A stretch of 64,000 bases of DNA from positions 11,222,001 to 11,286,000 of the forward strand of contig OZ024766.1 of the NCBI GenBank assembly GCA_964016885.1, given 5' to 3'. Source of the stretch: Eledone cirrhosa. Lineage: Eukaryota. The notes under the pieces are model-generated. The model searched no databases. It was not told the DNA's origin and saw only the letters and a program-made list of their open reading frames with translations. Positions 57,829-64,000 of this stretch are shown here, one piece after another; position 1 is the stretch's first letter, and each line of letters starts with the position of its first letter. A program made the position numbers and the translations under genes.

Positions 57829-58039
57829 TAACACAATGGTAACAAAAGGGTTAAAGATGGTATGACATTAGTTAGCCCTTCTTAGTCCCAATGGTACAAT
57901 GGTTTCAATTAAATTAAGATAAGAGAAGTATTTATCTTTGAAACTAATATATGTGTGTCTGTAGGCAGGTGTATCTACAAACACAGATGCGCAACCTGAT
58001 AAGATAGAGGGTTTTTTAATTAGTCAATACCATTGTTAG

Positions 58040-58710
58040 TGTGGTATTGGTGGTGCTGTTGGTGGTGACAGTTGTGGGGGTAGTGGTACTGGTGGTGCTG
58101 GTGATGGTGGTGGTTGTGGGGGTAGTGGTACTGGTGATTGTATTGGTGGTGGTAGTGGTGGTGGTGGTGGTGGTGGCGGTTGTGGGGGTAGTGGTACTGG
58201 TGGTGCTGGTGATGGTGGTGGTTGTGGGGGTAGTGGTACTGGTGATTGTATTGGTGGTGGTAGTGGTGGTGGTGGTGGTGGTGGCGGTTGTGGGGGTAGT
58301 GGTACTGGTGGTGCTGGTGATGGTGGTGGTTGTGGGGGTAGTGGTACTGGTGATTGTATTGGTAGTGGTGGCGGTTGTGGGGGTAGTGGTACTGGTGATT
58401 GTGGTGGTGGCGGTTGTGGGGGTAGTGGTACTGGTGATTGTATTGGTGGTGGTAGTGGTGGCGGTTGTGGGGGTAGTGGTACTGGTGATTGTATTGGTGG
58501 TGGTGGCGGTTGTGGGGGTAGTGGTATTGGTGGTGGTACTGGTGATTGTATTGGTGGTGGTAGTAGTAAAGATGGTGGTGGTGGTGGTAGTAGAGATAGT
58601 GGTGGTGGTGGTGGTAGTAGAGTGGTGGTAGTAGAGATGGTGGTGGTGGTGGTAGTAGAGATGGTGGTGGTGGTGGTGGTGGTACTGGTGGTAGTAGCAG
58701 TGTTGGTGAT
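58040..58710. repeat. GGT-rich tract with a 108-bp higher-order repeat
   Basis: gttgtgggggtagtggtactggtggtgctg at 58071, 58179 and 58287. Confidence 0.88.
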
Positions 58711-58929
58711 GCCCCCTTACCCCTCCTCCTCCTCCCCTATCTCTTATATCTCTTCACCCCTCACCCCACCTCCCAATTGATCTGCAGAAATATTGATTGA
58801 TCTGCTTTCAAATTCCCCCTCCTCCCTCACCCCTCCCTCCTATCTCTCCCCCTTCCTCTCTATAATGTCTGCACCCCCCTCCTGTTATATAACAGCTGTC
58901 TCACCTCTTTCGTAAAGATATATCAATGA

Positions 58930-60062
58930 CATTGACAGACAGAGAGATTGACAGAGAGAGAGAGGGAGTGAGAAAGAGAGAGAGACTGTGAGAGAGAGAG
59001 AGTCAGAGATAGAGGCAGTGAGACAGAGAGAGTAAGAGAGAGAGATTGACAGAGAGAGAGAGGGAGTGAGAAAGAGAGAGAGACTGTGAGAGAGAGAGAG
59101 TCAGAGATAGAGGCAGTGAGACAGAGAGAGTAAGAGAGAGAGATTGACAGAGAGAGAGGGAGTGAGAAAGAGAGAGAGACTGTGAGAGAGAGTCAGAGAT
59201 AGAGGCAGTGAGACAGAGTAAGAGAGAGAGATTGACAAAGAGAGAGACTGCGAGAGAGAGAGAGAGAGAGAGAGAGTCAGAGATAGAGGCAGTGAGACAG
59301 AGAGAGAGAGAGTGAGTAAGAGAGAGAGATTGACAGAGCGAGAGAGTGATAGATTGACAGAGAGAGAGTCAGAGATAGAGGCAGTGAGTAAGAGAGAGAG
59401 AGAGACTGTGAGAAAGAGAGAGTCTGAGATAGAGGCAGTGAGACAGAGAAAGAGAGAGTAAGAGAGAGTCTGAGATAGAGGCAGTGAAACAGACAGTGAG
59501 TAAGAGAGAGAGATTGACAGAGAGAGAGATAGAGGCAGTGAGACAGAGAGAGAGTGAGTAAGAGAGAGATTGACAGAGAGAGAGAGTGAGAGATTGACAG
59601 AGAGAGAGAGAGTCAGAGATAGAGGCAGTGAGACAGAGAGAGAGAGACTGTGAGAAAGAGAGTCAGAGATAGAGGCAGTGAGACAGAGAAAGAGAGAGTA
59701 AGAGAGAGTCAGAGATAGAGGCAGTGAGACAGTGAGAGAGAGTAAGAGAAAGAGACAGAGAGAGGCAGTGAGACAGAGTGAGAGGCAGTGAGACAGTGAG
59801 AGAGAGTAAGAGAAAGAGACAGAGAGAGGCAGTGAGACAGAGTGAGAGAGAGTAGGAGAGAGAGACAGTGAGACACTGAGCAAGAGAGTGAGAAAGATTG
59901 ACAGGGAGAGAGAGAGGGGGAGGCAGTGTGTGAGGGAGATAGAGGCAGTGAGTGAGTGACAGAGAGAGAGATTGACAGAGAAAGAAAGAGAGAGAGAGAG
60001 GTGGGGGAAACAGAGAGGGTGAGAGAGAGACAGAGATAAAGGTGGAAAACAGAGAGGGTGGG
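58930..60062. repeat. AG-rich modular minisatellite
   Basis: Shuffled modules gtcagagatagaggcagtgagac and gattgacagag. Confidence 0.9.
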
Positions 60063-60223
60063 ACAGACCAACATTCTCTTCGGTGAAGGTCGTAGAATAG
60101 AAAAGTGTTTGTTGAATTATCTCCCTTGTATTTTAGTCTGCAAACACTGATGCCTGTATATGTATATATATATGTGTATATATATAAATATATATATGTA
60201 TATATATATATGTGTATATATAG

Positions 60224-62317
60224 ACAATTACCACAATAATATCAGCTTACGCACCCCAATCGGGGCTGCCAGACGAACTTAAGGATAGGTTTTACGAGTC
60301 CCTAATACACACTACTGCTCTAACAGACGACAAGGACTTCCTAATCATTGCAGGAGATTTTAACGGACACGTAGGTAAACACTGCGACGGCTTCAATAGA
60401 GTACATGGAGGCCATGGAGTTGGCACAAGGAATGAGGAAGGATTCAGACTTCTAGAATTCTGCGACGCCAATGACATGTCGATATGTAACACAAACTTTA
60501 AAAAACCCGACAACCACCTGATCACCTATAGATCAGGGGAGCACTCTAGTCAGTTAGATTTTATCCTCATCAGAGGACGTGACAGATGGACGGTCGTAAA
60601 CACAAAAGCCTTCCCTAGTGAGGAATGTACATCCCAACATAGCTTAGTTGTCAGCGACCTCACGGTCAGAACTAGACGAGCCCTGAAACAGAGGCCAACC
60701 TGGAGAAGAAAGATCTGGAAGCTGAAAGTCCCCTCAACCAGTAACAGATTTAAAGATATTTTACTCAACGCCTACGACAGTAAAGAAGAACAGATAGAGA
60801 CATTTAACGTAGAAGAGAACTGGGAGTTCCTAAAAAATAACTTACTAGAGGCGACGGATGAGGTTTGTGGCTGGAGTAAGACCTCAAGCAGGAGGAGAGT
60901 GACTTGGTGGTGGAACAATAAGGTAGATGAAGCAGTCAAGGCCAAGAGACAGGCATGGAAAGAATGGAAGAACGGGGGGAGCAGGGTACATTACATAGAG
61001 ACCAAGAGGGAAGCTAGGCGACAAGTATACTTAGCTAGGAGGGAAGCAGAGGATAGAAAATTCAAGCATGTTTTACAACGTGAGGACCAGAAACAGGAGG
61101 TATTCAAGATTGCGAGGCAGTGTGTCAGAGATAGTTGTGATGTCATTGGAGAGAAGTGTATCCGGAATGATAAAGGTGAGCTTGCCCTCACAAGTGCTGA
61201 GAAGAAAGATGCATGGAAGAGTCATTATGATAGATTACTAAATGAGGAGAATGCATGGGAAGAAGAGACCCTACCCCACGTAGACCCTATAGAGGGACCA
61301 GCAGTACAAGTCAGCGGCAGCGTAGTAAGTAAGGCAATCAGAGATATGAAGATAGGGAAGGCAACCGGTCCATCGGGTATAGCTGCCGAGATGCTGAAGG
61401 CATCTGGGTCTGTAGGTCACACTATAACCACACGTATCGTTAACCAGGTAATACTAGAGGGGGCCATACCAAAAGATTGGTGCAGTAGCATCATTGTCAA
61501 CTGCTACAAAGGTAAAGGCGATGCACTAGATAGAGGAAACTATAGAGGTATAAAGTTGATGGACCAGGTCATGAAAGTAACAGAAAGAGTTATAGCACAG
61601 CTGATTAGGGACCGGGTGAATATAGACGAGATGCAATTTGGGTTTGTTCCAGGGAAAGGCACCACTGATGCGCTCTTCCTTGTGAGGCAATTACAGGAAA
61701 AGTACCTAGCTAAAAGTAAGCCACTCTACTTGGCATTTGTCGACCTTGAGAAAGCCTTTGACAGAGTTCCACGTGCAGTAATCTGGTGGGCTCTTAGAAA
61801 ACTAGGAGTAGATGAATGGCTTGTGAAAGCGGTACAAGCCATGTATAGGGGAGCAGTCAGCAAAGTTAGGATTGGCAATGAGTATAGCGAGGAATTTAGC
61901 ATACAGGTTGGGGTCCACCAGGGCTCTGTTCTTAGCCCTCTCCTGTTCATCATAGTCCTGCAGGCAATAACGGAGGAGTTTAAGACCGGATGCCCATGGG
62001 AACTCCTGTATGCTGATGACCTCGCACTCATAGCTGAATCTATGGTAGAACTAGAGAATAAATTCCAAACCTGGAAGCAGGGACTAGAGAGAAAGGGCCT
62101 TAAAGTCAACATGACAAAGACTAAGGTCCTTATAAGTAGACGAGAAAACAGAACCCAGATCCCCTCAGGGAAATGGCCTTGCTCAGTATGTAGGAAAGGT
62201 GTAGGTAGGAACTCCATTCTTTGCCCCAAATGCAAACAATGGGTACACAAGAGATGTAGCGGGATCTCAGGCCACGGCAAAAAAGCACCCAGCCCACACT
62301 GTAAAGTGGACGTGTAG
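60224..62317 (+). pseudogene. LINE ORF (partial APE endonuclease + reverse transcriptase + Cys/His finger), uninterrupted but truncated at both ends
   Basis: The frame is open from 60224 (SAYAPQ, GDFNGHVG, RNEEG, LDFIL) through KGD..NYRGIKL, QFGF, FVDLEKAFDRV, GVHQGSVLSPLLF, YADD and CSVCRKGVGRNSILCPKCKQWVHKRC. The last ~14 aa are UTR read-through. Confidence 0.9.
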
Positions 62318-62525
62318 GCGCCACGAAAAAGCACCCAGCACTCACTGTAAATGAGGTTGGTGTTAGGAAGGGCATCCAGCTGTAGAAATCAAGCCAGATC
62401 AGTTCCTGTATGAGCAAGGCATGGTCAGCCGACCAGACACTGCCCACAACAGGACAACCCGTCTAACCCATGCTAGCGTGGAAGAACGGACGTAAAACGG
62501 TGATGATGATGATGATGATGATGAT
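60224..62525 (+). mobile_element. RTE-type non-LTR retrotransposon, 5'-truncated, with an internal deletion fusing the ORF to the 3' UTR; (GAT)n tail
   Basis: APE-endonuclease and RT coding sequence, then the 49-bp UTR module, ggtgttaggaagggcatccagc, the tail cccatgctagcgtggaagaacggacgtaaaacg and (gat)n. Confidence 0.92.
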
Positions 62526-63012
62526 GTGTATATATATATATATGTGTGTATATATATATATATGTGTATATATGTGTGTATATATATATGTATATATATA
62601 TATGTGTATATATGTGTATATATATATATATGTGTATATATATATATATGTGTATATATGTGTATATATATATATGTGTATATATATATATATATGTATA
62701 TATATATGTGTATATATATATATATGTGTATATATGTGTATATATATATATATGTGTATATATGTGTATATATATATATGTGTATATATATATATATATG
62801 TATATATATATGTGTATATATGTGTATATATATATGTGTGTATGTGTATATATATATGTGTGTATATATATATATATATGTGTGTATATATATATATATA
62901 TGTGTATATATATATATATATGTGTGTATATATATATATATATGTGTATATATATATATATATGTGTATATATATATATGTGTATATATATATGTGTATA
63001 TATATATATATG

Positions 63013-63081
<69 letters not shown>

Positions 63082-63167
63082 GTATATATATATGTGTATA
63101 TATATATGTGTATATATATATGTGTATATATGTATATATATATGTGTATATATATATGTATATATAT

Positions 63168-63207
<40 letters not shown>

Positions 63208-63362
63208 GTATATATATATATGTGTATATATATATATGTGTGTATATATATATGTATGTATATATATATATATGTGTATATATATATGTATGTATATATA
63301 TATATATGTGTATATATATATGTATATATATATGTATATATATATATGCGTATATATGTATG

Positions 63363-63395
<33 letters not shown>

Positions 63396-63731
63396 GTGTA
63401 TATGTATATATATATATGTGTATATATGTATATATATGTGTATATATGTATATATATATGTATATATGTATATATATATGTATATATATATATGTATATA
63501 TATATATGTGTATATATGTATATATATATATGTATATATATATATGTGTATATATGTATATATATATATGTGTATATATGTATATATATATATATATATG
63601 TGTATATATGTATATATATATGTATATATATGTGTATATATGTATATATATATATATATATGTGTATATATGTATATATATATATGTGTATATATGTATA
63701 TGTATATATATATATGTGTATGTATATATGT
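62526..63731. repeat. (TA)n/(TG) compound microsatellite
   Basis: Directly visible. Confidence 0.95.
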
Positions 63732-64000
63732 ATAGGAAAAAGTATGACCCCGACGGCAGAGCTCAAGCCGTTTCAACAGCTATTTCTAGACTAAATTAGA
63801 ATTTTTAGCCTGGTAAATAAATAGCCGAACTTGTCAACGGGTACTTCCATATAAGGAAGTACCCCTTGACAAGTTCAGCTATTTATTTACCAGGCTAAAA
63901 ATTCTAATTTAGTCCAGAAATAGCCGTCGAAACGGCTTGAGCTCTGCCGTCGGGGTCATACTTTTTCCTATTACCCACTCTACTACCATAAGTATTGAGT
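63732..64000 (+). mobile_element. Fold-back element P1, ~240-bp palindrome (63732-63971)
   Basis: Arms of about 118 bp with a few mismatches, centred near 63851. Confidence 0.7.

Noticed and set aside
58041-58631. Poly-Val membrane protein or Thr-rich mucin exon (also 19455-22020)
   Set aside because: A GGT/ACC trinucleotide-derived tract with no convincing splice signals, and not part of GAK.
61726-62334. 202-aa minus-strand ORF
   Set aside because: An antisense shadow of the RT ORF.

Overview
Eukaryotic (animal) genomic DNA, very AT-rich and made mostly of repeats. The (TA)n/(CA)n density and the SINE/LINE families suggest an octopus-like cephalopod (inference). Nearly all long ORFs in the track are translations of microsatellites and are artefacts. 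The one host-gene segment I can identify is the first coding exon of GAK/auxilin (22075-22207, +). I could not find exon 2, so the remaining ~42 kb is probably its first intron. Other content: a 5'-truncated L1/Tx1-type LINE, a long RTE-type LINE ORF plus many RTE 3' fragments, two tRNA-derived SINE families, Tc1/mariner and piggyBac-like remnants, and several tandem arrays (including a 76 x 65-bp satellite with higher-order structure). Three patterns stand out. (1) A family of type I hammerhead ribozymes with covarying stems and a palindromic stem III, in Penelope-like remnants. (2) Many fold-back (inverted-duplicated) elements whose inverted arm ends at a TA microhomology with a (TA)n tract and carries copy-specific variants. 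(3) A 76-bp-period structured repeat next to a CTCF-type motif that I cannot assign. Everything was read by eye, so repeat boundaries are approximate.
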